Virus record (IMG/VR): IMGVR_UViG_3300026518_000009
Span: 1-64,000 of that record
Direction: 5' to 3' (one strand)
DNA: 64,000 bases
Origin: a virus
Shown here: positions 43,022 through 52,941 of the stretch, one piece after another
Position numbering within the stretch: position 1 is the stretch's first letter
Layout of the letters: every line of letters begins with the position of its first letter
Made by a program: the position numbers and the translations under genes
The notes under the pieces: model-generated
Database searches by the model: none
What the model saw: the letters and a program-made list of their open reading frames with translations, nothing else
What the model was told of the DNA's origin: nothing

Positions 43022-43181
43022 TATTTGAATGTTTATTATTATTTCCAAAACTTACCCATAGTAATAAAGCAATTCCTATTAATTCTCCTGTTTCAGTAAT
43101 TGTTTCATCTGTCATATCAATTGCACTTGCAAATATTATAAATAATATTATTGCAATTATAAATATTATTACTGCTTTCAT
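43014..43181 (-). CDS. Small two-TM membrane protein (not in ORF track)
   Basis: Hand translation MKAVIIFIIAIILFIIFASAIDMTDETITETGELIGIALLLWVSFGNNNKHSNNG* (55 aa); starts 3 nt after the polymerase stop. Confidence 0.6.
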   Translation of the reverse strand: MKAVIIFIIAIILFIIFASAIDMTDETITETGELIGIALLLWVSFGNNNKHSNNG

Positions 43182-43183
43182 AA

Positions 43184-45193
43184 CTAATCAAATAATGTTC
43201 CATTATGTTTATTCATATCTTTAGTATTTATATTATATACTTTATGTATAATATCTAATACCTTTTTTTTATACCAAATATAATTAATATCATAATCGTT
43301 AGAATAATAAAATTTATTAAATATTGTAACATTATATCCTTTAATTACATTTGTAAGTTTATTAGATAGTAAATTACGTTTTAAAAATACTCCTCCGTGA
43401 TTACTTACAAAATATCTATTATCTTTTTGAAGAATTTTTATATTTAATTTACCATCTTTTATAGTATGATATTCACTTCTAAATTGTGAACCAACTTTAA
43501 TGCTTATACAATAGTCATATATATCATAATTTTTAATTATATTATCAATATCTTTATTATTATTTATAAAATATTCATATAATGTTTTTGCTATAGCTGG
43601 TGCATAATATCCCTTATCAATTTTAATATCAAATGAGAAATCACCTTTAGTTTTAATTTCATTATTATCTTTTAAAGTTATATAATCATTAACTGTAGTT
43701 CTAATATACTTTGTATATTTTGTATATACAACCCCAAAATTATATTTTTCTGCCCAAGAATTACAAATATTATAATAATCATCTAATTTATCATTATCAA
43801 TAATTGATACAATTCCATCTGTATTAGCACTAATAACATGAATGTTATTTAATTCTAAGTTTTCTATTAATGACATTAAATATAATTGACCATTTATAGT
43901 AACTTTATACATTGCTTTTAAATCATATAACCAACTGTATTCAAAACCAAGCTTACCATATATAGCATTAATTACAATTTTAAGTATTCCAGCGGTATCT
44001 TTATCACCATTTACTTTTGCTTTTAATCTAAGTTCTGTAAGATTTTTTACTAATTTAACAAATATAGAATTAACATGCTCAGGATGAATTTTAAGATTAA
44101 TCATAATACTAGGATAAAAACTATTAACATCTGCATCAATTATATTATCATACTCATTATTAGTAAATATTCCTCCACTATCTACACTATGTAATCCTCC
44201 AGTAGCAAATTGATATGCAGTTCTATTAAATATTAATAGTTCTTTAAATGTATCTCTACCAATGTTAATACTTATATTCTTTAATGAATCTAGAAAAGAT
44301 TTAAGTTTATCAGAGTTAAATGTAATATTTTTATCTATAATATCAATTAATTTAATTTTACGTCTATATGTACGCTTATTATAATATTCCCAATAAGTTA
44401 ATCCTGTAGCACTTTGATAAAACTTACTCATTAATCTATCAGCAACACTACTTCTACTACTAGATAATACATTAACTTCATACTTTTTACTAGTAACAAT
44501 TCTTTGTTTTAATTCTGACTGACTATAATTATATAGATTTAAAGTTATTAAGACATCATTAATGTTGTAATCAATGATACTAGATAAATGCTCATTAATA
44601 ACATATCTATCAAATGATTTTAAATCAGGAAATAAACCATCATAAAATTTAATACTTTCTATTTCAGTAATAGGAGGCATTGTATAATCTTCAATCTTAT
44701 AATACTTTAATGCTATTGCTACCTGTTTTAATGATATTTTACGTTTATCAAGATAATGTAAACTCATTAAATCAATACTAAACCATAAATTAGAATAAGG
44801 TATGTTATTATCTTTTCTATAATTACCTGGATAATTAATAATAGTATCATTAAAATCTTTTAATTTCTTAGTAATAATATCTGTATTATTATATTCATGT
44901 AATTTTTCTTTTATAATATAATCTAATACTATATTATCATATTTATTAATATTATATCCAACTAATACTTCTGTATGTTTATTCTTTAAGAAATCTACAA
45001 GTGCTTGTAATTGATTAGTTTCGTTAAATACAATAAATATTTTAGGATTCATTATATTTAATGCAGCTCTCTTTTCATTATCATCTTTGTTTATATCGGC
45101 TGCAATATACCTATCAACGCCTTTTGCATTGATAGGTATAAATGTAGCCGTAAAACAATTAGGAAATACTTCAATATCATATACATATGTCAT
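43184..45193 (-). CDS. Family B DNA polymerase with 3'-5' exonuclease
   Basis: ExoI YDIEVF, ExoII GYNINKYD, ExoIII YNINDV; polymerase motifs DADVNSFYPS, KIVINAIYGK and SANTDG. Confidence 0.95.
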   Translation of the reverse strand: MTYVYDIEVFPNCFTATFIPINAKGVDRYIAADINKDDNEKRAALNIMNPKIFIVFNETNQLQALVDFLKNKHTEVLVGYNINKYDNIVLDYIIKEKLHEYNNTDIITKKLKDFNDTIINYPGNYRKDNNIPYSNLWFSIDLMSLHYLDKRKISLKQVAIALKYYKIEDYTMPPITEIESIKFYDGLFPDLKSFDRYVINEHLSSIIDYNINDVLITLNLYNYSQSELKQRIVTSKKYEVNVLSSSRSSVADRLMSKFYQSATGLTYWEYYNKRTYRRKIKLIDIIDKNITFNSDKLKSFLDSLKNISINIGRDTFKELLIFNRTAYQFATGGLHSVDSGGIFTNNEYDNIIDADVNSFYPSIMINLKIHPEHVNSIFVKLVKNLTELRLKAKVNGDKDTAGILKIVINAIYGKLGFEYSWLYDLKAMYKVTINGQLYLMSLIENLELNNIHVISANTDGIVSIIDNDKLDDYYNICNSWAEKYNFGVVYTKYTKYIRTTVNDYITLKDNNEIKTKGDFSFDIKIDKGYYAPAIAKTLYEYFINNNKDIDNIIKNYDIYDYCISIKVGSQFRSEYHTIKDGKLNIKILQKDNRYFVSNHGGVFLKRNLLSNKLTNVIKGYNVTIFNKFYYSNDYDINYIWYKKKVLDIIHKVYNINTKDMNKHNGTLFD

Positions 45194-45226
45194 ACTTATT
45201 CAAATTTAATATTAATATTATTTTTA

Positions 45227-45772
45227 TCAGTATATAATTTTATATTTAATACCAGTCTTTTCTTCAAGTAATTTTTCTGCTTTATCTTTTGAAATAGTAT
45301 TTGTATTTCTACGCCATATTAAATCACCATACTTATTTGGATTTAATATATTCCATATTGGAGCTTCATATACTTCTATAATATCAAACTCATTAGTTTC
45401 AAATGTATATTTTAAATCATTATCATAATTATCAAGTTCTAATGTACCATCTTCAGATACTAATTTAGGGATAGGAGTACTTAATGCTACAATTCTCATT
45501 CTACCATCTCTATACCTAACTCTCATAAAATCTTTTAAATCAGACTTAGTAAATGTTGAAGATGTTGTATCAAGAAATAAATCATAATTACTATCAGCAC
45601 TAATCTGAAATTTTCCTTCATCAGTATATGTTCTCTCTGTACCATCTATTGTAGCTGCATATGTATAAGGTTTATAATCAAAACTTTTTCTAAAATTAGT
45701 AGCAGATCTACCATCTCTAGTAATCAGTTTATGTCCAGCTAATGCTTTTTTTAAATTAAATTTTTGTCTCAT
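45227..45772 (-). CDS. Hypothetical two-domain phage protein
   Basis: FNLKKALAG..LITRDG domain followed by an FTKSDLK...YRDG...DII.VY...LIW.R domain. Confidence 0.65.
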   Translation of the reverse strand: MRQKFNLKKALAGHKLITRDGRSATNFRKSFDYKPYTYAATIDGTERTYTDEGKFQISADSNYDLFLDTTSSTFTKSDLKDFMRVRYRDGRMRIVALSTPIPKLVSEDGTLELDNYDNDLKYTFETNEFDIIEVYEAPIWNILNPNKYGDLIWRRNTNTISKDKAEKLLEEKTGIKYKIIY

Positions 45773-45781
45773 AATATTATT

Positions 45782-46051
45782 TTATTTGTAATAAGGCCAT
45801 TTTAATTTTAAATATCCATCATATCCTACTTTAATCATATTATTACTAATAAAACTACATTTAGAATAATGTACAAGAAATAAACTATCATTCTTAGATT
45901 GAGTAAGAATGATAGTATTAAGTGTATTATTTATTTTATTACATTTATTACTTATAGTATAATTTTCATATGTAATTAAAAATACATAAATTGTCATACA
46001 TATAATAATTATTATATAATTTTTATTATTCATATTATTTAGTTTTTTCAA
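45782..46051 (-). CDS. Small membrane-anchored protein
   Basis: N-terminal hydrophobic helix; start uncertain. Confidence 0.5.
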   Translation of the reverse strand: MKKLNNMNNKNYIIIIICMTIYVFLITYENYTISNKCNKINNTLNTIILTQSKNDSLFLVHYSKCSFISNNMIKVGYDGYLKLKWPYYK

Positions 46052-46424
46052 TCATTTCATTAAATAACATAAGTCTATCTTTATAATTACAAGTAGGAAA
46101 TATATAAGAAGTTCTTCTTAAACTATCTTTATATCTATCTAAGATAGCTTTAAACTCAGGAAGTGTTTCTAATGAATTATATGTTATATATAATTTACTA
46201 AAAGAATTCATAAGATTTTTAGTTTTAGTAGAAATAAATGATTTATTAGTATCCATACATATAATAGAATTTTTAATAAATGCACACATCCCAATATTTA
46301 ATTCATTCTTTCTAGTAAAATGTATATATTTTAAATAATCATTTTTAGCATGTTTGTATATATAATTTCTAACTTTTTTTGGAAGAGTACTAAAATCAAT
46401 TATTTCTATTTCTTCGTTTTCCAT
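46035..46424 (-). CDS. Hypothetical protein
   Basis: 129-aa coupled ORF. Confidence 0.55.
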   Translation of the reverse strand: MENEEIEIIDFSTLPKKVRNYIYKHAKNDYLKYIHFTRKNELNIGMCAFIKNSIICMDTNKSFISTKTKNLMNSFSKLYITYNSLETLPEFKAILDRYKDSLRRTSYIFPTCNYKDRLMLFNEMIEKTK

Positions 46425-46965
46425 CTTTTTTCATTTTAAATTTAGCATCAGGCTTAATATAATGTTTAATAGTTTTTGGTTTAACAGCAATAGTATCACC
46501 TTTATTAATAGTAATAACTTCTTTAGTTATATTATCTTTGCCTTTCTTACTTGTAGTAGTACCCCCAAGTATTGGATCAGGTTTACTAGTAAATGTTTTA
46601 CTACTATGAATATCAAATCCATAACTTTTATTAAACATTTTAACATTTCTAACAAATACCTTTTTAACTTTATCAGCAAATTTAACAAACTTGCCAGTAA
46701 CATCTTGATAATATATTTTTCTACCTTTTGTAGCTTTTCTATTATTACCATTAAATGCTATACCTTTTTTATTAACTTTCATACTAGTACCAAAATTACC
46801 AGCAGTATAATGAGGTTTATTAACTTTATTCAAATATTTTCTATATACTGATTTACTAGTATAATGCCATTCATTATTAAGTTTAACTTTCTTTAGAGCA
46901 TAAGATTTATTAACTCTCAATACTTCTCCAGTTTGTTTATTCTTAATACAAATTAGTTTTTCCAT
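46396..46965 (-). CDS. Highly basic hypothetical protein
   Basis: 189 aa, very Lys-rich. Confidence 0.6.
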   Translation of the reverse strand: MEKLICIKNKQTGEVLRVNKSYALKKVKLNNEWHYTSKSVYRKYLNKVNKPHYTAGNFGTSMKVNKKGIAFNGNNRKATKGRKIYYQDVTGKFVKFADKVKKVFVRNVKMFNKSYGFDIHSSKTFTSKPDPILGGTTTSKKGKDNITKEVITINKGDTIAVKPKTIKHYIKPDAKFKMKKDGKRRNRNN

Positions 46966-46968
46966 TAT

Positions 46969-47214
46969 TTATTTTTGTTTACTTTTAAAAAATTTATTAA
47001 TTACAGGATAACACTCTTTTAATGTTGCTTTAATATCATCAATATTAAATGTATTAATATCATTATTATATCTAACTCGTATAGTTATATCATTTTCATA
47101 TATATTATATGACTCAACTACACCATTTATAATAGTAGCAATATCATGTTTGCATTTAATTATATATACTTCTTGTTTTATACTAAAAGGAAGTGTAATT
47201 ACTTTATTTTCCAT
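46969..47214 (-). CDS. Hypothetical protein
   Basis: LPFSIKQEVYII start resembles small SH3-like phage proteins. Confidence 0.55.
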   Translation of the reverse strand: MENKVITLPFSIKQEVYIIKCKHDIATIINGVVESYNIYENDITIRVRYNNDINTFNIDDIKATLKECYPVINKFFKSKQK

Positions 47215-47215
47215 A

Positions 47216-48415
47216 TCACCAGTCTAAATTATTAATCTCAATAAACTTATGTATAATACTAGCTGTTATTGTATGACAACCAGCAATAAGAGTATATTCT
47301 TCAACTCCATTAATTTTCATCTTTTTAATAGACTTAACTTTATATACTCCAATATTAATAGATTTACCATTTGCAATAAATTCTTTATTATCAACTTCTA
47401 GTTTATTAAATATTTGAAATAATCTTTTAGCATGAGAAGTAGGAACTCTAGCTCCCATAGAAGTAACAATTTCAGATTTATCCTTATTAAATCTTAAACC
47501 AGTAATTAATGTATAATTTGGTCCATATGGTAAATATGGTATGTATATATTATGTAAATTATAAGTCATCCATTCAACTAAATCTTTATTATATGTTAAT
47601 ATTAATTCTTCATATTCCTCTTTTTTACGCTTTTCAACTTCTAATCTATAATTTTCAAATATTTGTAGTATTCTATTTTTAAGTTCAGTATTATTATATA
47701 AATCTAATTTATCTTTTATTTTAGGATAACTTAATTTAATGCCTTTACTATATAACATTTGAGGGTTAGTATGAATATATATATACCAAAATCTCTTAGC
47801 ATTATATATTTCTTTCTCTTTTTTATTATAAAAATGTCCAGTAAGAACTTGTTTATACGTTTTATTAATATCTATAATACAATCAGTTCTTGTCCAACCA
47901 TTATAACAATTATACCAATGTTTACCAATAATTTCATTAACAAATGTAAAATCAATTTTATTATAAAATCTACGTCTAATTTTTTTATATTTATTAGATA
48001 AGTCATTAATATATTGTAAATAATCCCAATTAACCATTACTCTAGAATTATGAATAACATCATATAATCTACTAAATGTTGATAGATTATTTATTACTAG
48101 TTCTTTTATATAATTTTCTATATTAACTTGTAATTCTTCATTTACATTAATAATTCTATATTTATGAATACTATTACTAAAAGCATTCAATATATGAGAT
48201 GAAGATAATCCATTTCTATATATTCCAGAAGTTATATTATTACTTACAAATAGATTATTACTAATTTTAATTGCAATTAAATTATTCCATTTATAGAATT
48301 TATTATCCTTAATTTCATAATTACCAAATTTTATATCTCCTTTTTTATGAGCAAATATATGTGGTAATTCATAAACACTTTTAACTAATATTCCTTTACT
48401 AGTTTTTTTCTTCAT
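47216..48415 (-). CDS. Conserved hypothetical phage protein
   Basis: C-terminal TSMGARVP..HA...IG.Y.V..I...LIAGCH.I motif. Confidence 0.7.
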   Translation of the reverse strand: MKKKTSKGILVKSVYELPHIFAHKKGDIKFGNYEIKDNKFYKWNNLIAIKISNNLFVSNNITSGIYRNGLSSSHILNAFSNSIHKYRIINVNEELQVNIENYIKELVINNLSTFSRLYDVIHNSRVMVNWDYLQYINDLSNKYKKIRRRFYNKIDFTFVNEIIGKHWYNCYNGWTRTDCIIDINKTYKQVLTGHFYNKKEKEIYNAKRFWYIYIHTNPQMLYSKGIKLSYPKIKDKLDLYNNTELKNRILQIFENYRLEVEKRKKEEYEELILTYNKDLVEWMTYNLHNIYIPYLPYGPNYTLITGLRFNKDKSEIVTSMGARVPTSHAKRLFQIFNKLEVDNKEFIANGKSINIGVYKVKSIKKMKINGVEEYTLIAGCHTITASIIHKFIEINNLDW

Positions 48416-48419
48416 ATTA

Positions 48420-48989
48420 TTAAAAATTAAATGTTATAAAGGGATTTACGTATCTTTTATACATCAATCCAATATTAATAAAATCATTAGTATAACTTTT
48501 TATTAAATTATCATTACTCTTGTTATATAACACATAAGCAGGATGATATGTAGCTATAATAATTTTATTATTAATTGGTATTATATATCCACGAAAATCA
48601 CTTATTTTTAAATTATTTTTATTAAAATATACATTTAAAGCAATATTTCCTAATAATACTATAATTTTAGGATTATATAATATTAATTCTTGCTTTAAAT
48701 ATGGTAAACAATTATTAATTTCTCTTATTAGAGGACTTCTATTGTTAGGTGGCCTACATTTTATAATGTTAGTGGTGTATACATTATTTCTAGTTAATCC
48801 TATTAATTTTAATAGATTATTAAATAATATACCAGAATTACCAATAAATGGTACTCCATATTTATCTTCATAGTAACCAGGTGCTTCTCCAATAAACATT
48901 AAACCATTTTTATTTGTATTTCCATTACCACTAACAATAGTCTTACGTGATAAGCTAATATCACATTTATTACATGTGTTTATATTCAT
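48420..48989 (-). CDS. Uracil-DNA glycosylase, family 4 (Fe-S)
   Basis: CxxC, FIGEAPG..ED, PFIG, NIIKCRPPNNR.P, a fourth Cys and YHPAY. Confidence 0.95.
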   Translation of the reverse strand: MNINTCNKCDISLSRKTIVSGNGNTNKNGLMFIGEAPGYYEDKYGVPFIGNSGILFNNLLKLIGLTRNNVYTTNIIKCRPPNNRSPLIREINNCLPYLKQELILYNPKIIVLLGNIALNVYFNKNNLKISDFRGYIIPINNKIIIATYHPAYVLYNKSNDNLIKSYTNDFINIGLMYKRYVNPFITFNF

Positions 48990-48997
48990 AAATTAAA

Positions 48998-49339
48998 TTA
49001 CTTCATAGTTAAATTGTATTTATCTACTAATATCTTTAAATTAGTTAATGATAATAAAATATATAAAAAGTATTTATCTCCTATTATAGTATAACCTACT
49101 TCGCCTTTATAATCATCATTATATTGTATACTTCTATCTATACAAAAATTATAATAATCTTTATTACAATTATCTATCATGTCTTTTATAGTATAATCTT
49201 GAGTACTTCGTCTACTATGTGAGATATTAAGGTCTAATTTATCAATATGAGTATTATAAGATAACATTACTGCATCTTTAAAAAACTCTTTTAATATATT
49301 AGTATTTAGTATATTGATGTTATAAAATCCAGTTTTCAT
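48998..49339 (-). CDS. Hypothetical protein
   Basis: 113-aa ORF. Confidence 0.6.
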   Translation of the reverse strand: MKTGFYNINILNTNILKEFFKDAVMLSYNTHIDKLDLNISHSRRSTQDYTIKDMIDNCNKDYYNFCIDRSIQYNDDYKGEVGYTIIGDKYFLYILLSLTNLKILVDKYNLTMK

Positions 49340-49357
49340 CTTATAATTTAATTAGTA

Positions 49358-49567
49358 TTAATTTAATATTGGTAAATTATTAAGAAAACCAACATAAAAG
49401 AAATATGAATTTAGATAACATTTATCATTATCAATAGTAAATTTTTCTGTCTGTAAATACTTAATATTTCTAGATGTTCTAAATACTAGTTCTTTTTTAT
49501 TGGTTATACCATATAAAAATAAACAATTATTTGGACTAGTCCATACCATTCTTATTGATTTTCCCAT
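49358..49567 (-). CDS. Hypothetical protein
   Basis: 69-aa ORF filling the gap. Confidence 0.45.
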   Translation of the reverse strand: MGKSIRMVWTSPNNCLFLYGITNKKELVFRTSRNIKYLQTEKFTIDNDKCYLNSYFFYVGFLNNLPILN

Positions 49568-49578
49568 AATATTCAGTT

Positions 49579-51009
49579 TTAATATAAAATTATTGCTTTA
49601 CTTTTAGCTCTACTTAATCCTGTATATAATAATCTATTTCTAGTTTCTATTACATTAGGATTATTATTTGTATTAGTTCTTGGTGAACGTTTATTTCCAT
49701 TATAATATATTATATCTAAACTATCTATAAATACTGTATCTATACTACTACCTTGAGCTTTATGAGTAGTTATAGCATATCCATAATCAAGTTCTTTTTT
49801 AACAAACGCAACTTTTTGTTTACGATTATTAAATAACTCAAAATCAATCATAGTTAAATATAGATGTTTAAAATTATAATACATTTTCCATAATTCACCT
49901 TTTTTAATTAAATCACCATATAATGCATTATGATGTAGTTGATATAATTTATTATAATAATTAACAAATGTTTTACTATTATGGTCAACTACATTAACCG
50001 TATGAATGAAACCAGTATCTAAATCTTTTAATGTTGCAACAAACATATCAAATTTATAATCAGATGTCTTTTTATATACATCTATAACAATATAATCATT
50101 ACTATTTATTATTATAGGTGATATAAATTCATCAACAATAGTTTGATAACCAGTTAATATATCATTTTTAACCAATATATCTTTACTTTCTGTTAATTTA
50201 CCTCTAATATATCTATTCCAACTGTTTATTCTATCATTAGTATATGCACATAACTTATAACTATTAACATCTTTTTTATATTTATCACTTTTAAAAGCAT
50301 CTACAACTAGTTTAGAAAATATAATTCCATCTACCATTTCATACCCGACATTATTATTTATATTTGTTTTATGAGACTTAATGTAATTTATAAATTTTGC
50401 AGTATTATGTTCAACATCATATCTTAATAATTCAAATAGTTTATGTAATGGATTATTTAAACTTTGTCTAACAACATCTACTAATTCAGTGCCATATTCA
50501 TTATTAAAAACAGGCGAAAGCTTAATACTATGATTCATTACAGGTGGTAATTGAAGTTTATCACCAATATATATAATTTTAGTATTATATTGTATTGATC
50601 TAATATCATTTAACTTTTTTAAATCAGGTGAAATCATACTAGCTTCATCTACTATAATAATATTAAAATTTATAAATTTATTACTACCTAATGTTTCAAA
50701 TTTTAATTTATCAATATTAAAATTTTCTAATGCAAAATTAGGTCTAAGTCCATGTAAACTATGTAATGTATGTCCTTTAACTCCAGTAAATTTTTCAATT
50801 ACTCTTACTGCTTTATGAGTCGGAGCAGATACACATATCCTTTTATTTTTAAATAATTCTTTTATAATATATTTAACTATAAATGATTTACCAGTTCCAG
50901 CTTCTCCACTAATTGTATATGAAAGACTTTTATTATTATTATACCAATCTTTTATATCTTCTAATAATCTTTTTTGACTATTAGTAAATGTTACTTTTGT
51001 ATTTTTCAT
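49579..51009 (-). CDS. SF1B (Dda/RecD-like) helicase
   Basis: GEAGTGKS, APTHKA, VDEASM, GDKLQLPPV, YAITTHKAQGS and YTGLSRA motifs. Confidence 0.95.
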   Translation of the reverse strand: MKNTKVTFTNSQKRLLEDIKDWYNNNKSLSYTISGEAGTGKSFIVKYIIKELFKNKRICVSAPTHKAVRVIEKFTGVKGHTLHSLHGLRPNFALENFNIDKLKFETLGSNKFINFNIIIVDEASMISPDLKKLNDIRSIQYNTKIIYIGDKLQLPPVMNHSIKLSPVFNNEYGTELVDVVRQSLNNPLHKLFELLRYDVEHNTAKFINYIKSHKTNINNNVGYEMVDGIIFSKLVVDAFKSDKYKKDVNSYKLCAYTNDRINSWNRYIRGKLTESKDILVKNDILTGYQTIVDEFISPIIINSNDYIVIDVYKKTSDYKFDMFVATLKDLDTGFIHTVNVVDHNSKTFVNYYNKLYQLHHNALYGDLIKKGELWKMYYNFKHLYLTMIDFELFNNRKQKVAFVKKELDYGYAITTHKAQGSSIDTVFIDSLDIIYYNGNKRSPRTNTNNNPNVIETRNRLLYTGLSRAKSKAIILY

Positions 51010-51329
51010 TAGAATGTTAATTTATTAATATCAAATACTCTTAATATTGCAACAGCATATACATTATCTATATTATCATTCTTAAAATACATTGTATTAA
51101 ATATACTCATATTTTTATCAACTAATGATATTTGATTATCATCTGCTAATATAAATGTATCATATTTATCTCTTACATATTTTAAAAATGTATATAATTG
51201 TAAATTAAGAGATAGACTTATAAACGCTTTGGCATCTAATCCACCTACATAATTTACTTTGTACCATTTTATGAAATCTGTTAATTCTTTTTGGTATGAT
51301 TCTACCAAAATTGTTATTAATTCGTTCAT
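51009..51329 (-). CDS. Hypothetical protein
   Basis: 106-aa ORF with TAATG coupling to the helicase. Confidence 0.6.
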   Translation of the reverse strand: MNELITILVESYQKELTDFIKWYKVNYVGGLDAKAFISLSLNLQLYTFLKYVRDKYDTFILADDNQISLVDKNMSIFNTMYFKNDNIDNVYAVAILRVFDINKLTF

Positions 51330-51465
51330 ATTTATAATGTTTTATTTCACTAAATTTATCTTTAATACTATTAATAATTATATTTAATGTAACTAAATTT
51401 ATATCGCTTGTAATTACAGTAATAAATATTTTATCTTTAGTATAGAAATATATTTTAAATCTCAT
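51205..51465 (-). CDS. Hypothetical protein
   Basis: 86-aa ORF with a long 3' overlap with the next gene. Confidence 0.4.
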   Translation of the reverse strand: MRFKIYFYTKDKIFITVITSDINLVTLNIIINSIKDKFSEIKHYKYERINNNFGRIIPKRINRFHKMVQSKLCRWIRCQSVYKSIS

Positions 51466-51485
51466 AATATTTATATTTTATTAAA

Positions 51486-51722
51486 TTATTCATAAAACTC
51501 ATTTATTGTAATATAATTACCAAATCTATATTCAAATAAATAATTTTTATTATACCAATATCCTTGTTTTTTATTATATTTAAAACCATATTCTTTCATA
51601 GTTTTAAATGCTTCTGCTTTAGTATTAAATAACATACAAGTTCGGCTATATCCATTATATATTTTAACTATTGTATATACTTTTTTATAACATCCTGTAT
51701 GTTCAGTTTTTTTACAATTCAT
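51486..51722 (-). CDS. Hypothetical protein
   Basis: 78-aa ORF containing KEYGFKYNKKQGYWY. Confidence 0.55.
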   Translation of the reverse strand: MNCKKTEHTGCYKKVYTIVKIYNGYSRTCMLFNTKAEAFKTMKEYGFKYNKKQGYWYNKNYLFEYRFGNYITINEFYE

Positions 51723-51795
51723 AATATTATTTTTTAATTATGCTATAAATACCAATATAAAAGAAAATGCCGAATTATTATTTGTATTATCTTTT

Positions 51796-52131
51796 CTACA
51801 TTATTTTCTTTATAATAAACTTATTGTTTTCTATTATACCTTTTATCTTTTGACCATGTTTAACTACACTCCAATATTGTGTTATTATATTACATTTAGT
51901 ACAATTACCTTTATTATTCCTCTTTGTCCAAGCAATATGTTTATTATTTTCAGGTTTAGAATATAAATATTTATATAATTTATTATTATTTATATCTAAA
52001 TTATCTATATATAACTCAACTTCATTAGATAATATAGCAGTAAATTTACCATTATAATATTTAATTCTAGCAATTCTAAGATTATCTCTAACCTTAGAAT
52101 TGCTATTAATTAATCCATCCTTAAAATTCAT
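51796..52131 (-). CDS. Hypothetical protein
   Basis: 111-aa ORF. Confidence 0.55.
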   Translation of the reverse strand: MNFKDGLINSNSKVRDNLRIARIKYYNGKFTAILSNEVELYIDNLDINNNKLYKYLYSKPENNKHIAWTKRNNKGNCTKCNIITQYWSVVKHGQKIKGIIENNKFIIKKIM

Positions 52132-52134
52132 ATT

Positions 52135-52629
52135 TTATTTTGTTATTATTGTACAAATTACTCTTTTATCAGGTCTAGATATAATTTTAAATCTATGTCG
52201 TCTAACATCTTCAATATCTTCTCCATTAATATTAACAGTATATTTTCTACCATTAATATTAGTTATAACTCCTTGTTGAGATTTAAAATTATATTTTGCA
52301 AGATTATGTAATAAAGGTTTAAATACTACAACAATATCTCCTATTTCAACTTTATTAGGAATTATTTGTCTTGTATATTCAAATTTATCACCATCATGTA
52401 CTAAATTATATTGTTGATAGTTTAATTCACCTTTAATATTATTATTAACAACATAATATTTCATCAGTTTACAATCTGTCTTATTAACTATAACATTATT
52501 AGTTAAAGTTAATCGTACTTTACCTACTTTCTTTACCGTATAAAATAAATTATTATATTTAATTATACAACCTTTTACAAAATGTAATGTAGGATTTAAT
52601 ACTGGAAAAAGTTTTATTATACCTTTCAT
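52135..52629 (-). CDS. Hypothetical protein with KOW/SH3-like segment
   Basis: VEIGDIVVV...QGVITNINGRKYTV pattern. Confidence 0.55.
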   Translation of the reverse strand: MKGIIKLFPVLNPTLHFVKGCIIKYNNLFYTVKKVGKVRLTLTNNVIVNKTDCKLMKYYVVNNNIKGELNYQQYNLVHDGDKFEYTRQIIPNKVEIGDIVVVFKPLLHNLAKYNFKSQQGVITNINGRKYTVNINGEDIEDVRRHRFKIISRPDKRVICTIITK

Positions 52630-52635
52630 AATATT

Positions 52636-52740
52636 TTAAATTATTTTAATTAATAAATATATTGCAGCAATAATAAGTATACTTATTAGAAATATAACTA
52701 TTATATTACCTGCAATGATTAATATTTTATCTGTTTTCAT
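52636..52740 (-). CDS. 34-aa hydrophobic micropeptide (not in track)
   Basis: MKTDKILIIAGNIIVIFLISILIIAAIYLLIKII*; ATGA-coupled to the upstream peptide. Confidence 0.55.
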   Translation of the reverse strand: MKTDKILIIAGNIIVIFLISILIIAAIYLLIKII

Positions 52741-52856
52741 AATATAGATATTAAATTACTAATAATTATATAAAATCCATATATAGCAATAGCAATAGCT
52801 CCAATTAATGTTAATGTTGAACCTACTACTACTATAAAATTTACAATAGTTTTCAT
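52737..52856 (-). CDS. 39-aa hydrophobic micropeptide (not in track)
   Basis: MKTIVNFIVVVGSTLTLIGAIAIAIYGFYIIISNLISIL*; A-rich leader. Confidence 0.55.
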   Translation of the reverse strand: MKTIVNFIVVVGSTLTLIGAIAIAIYGFYIIISNLISIL

Positions 52857-52873
52857 TTTATTATGTTTTAAAA

Positions 52874-52936
52874 AGAGTGTGCAACCGTGTATTATCCATC
52901 TCCTCTGCCCCACTTTCGGTAATTGTTACACACTCT
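52874..52936 (-). other. GC-rich stem with 39-nt insert (terminator-like or structured RNA)
   Basis: Minus-strand AGAGUGUGUAAC/GUUGCACACUCU 12-bp stem with one U-G pair, followed by a U run. Confidence 0.55.
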
Positions 52937-52941
52937 ACTAT

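Noticed and set aside
29430-48989. Uracil-substituted or hypermodified DNA system
   Set aside because: Intact dUTPase and UDG imply ordinary thymine DNA, and no base-modification genes were recognised.
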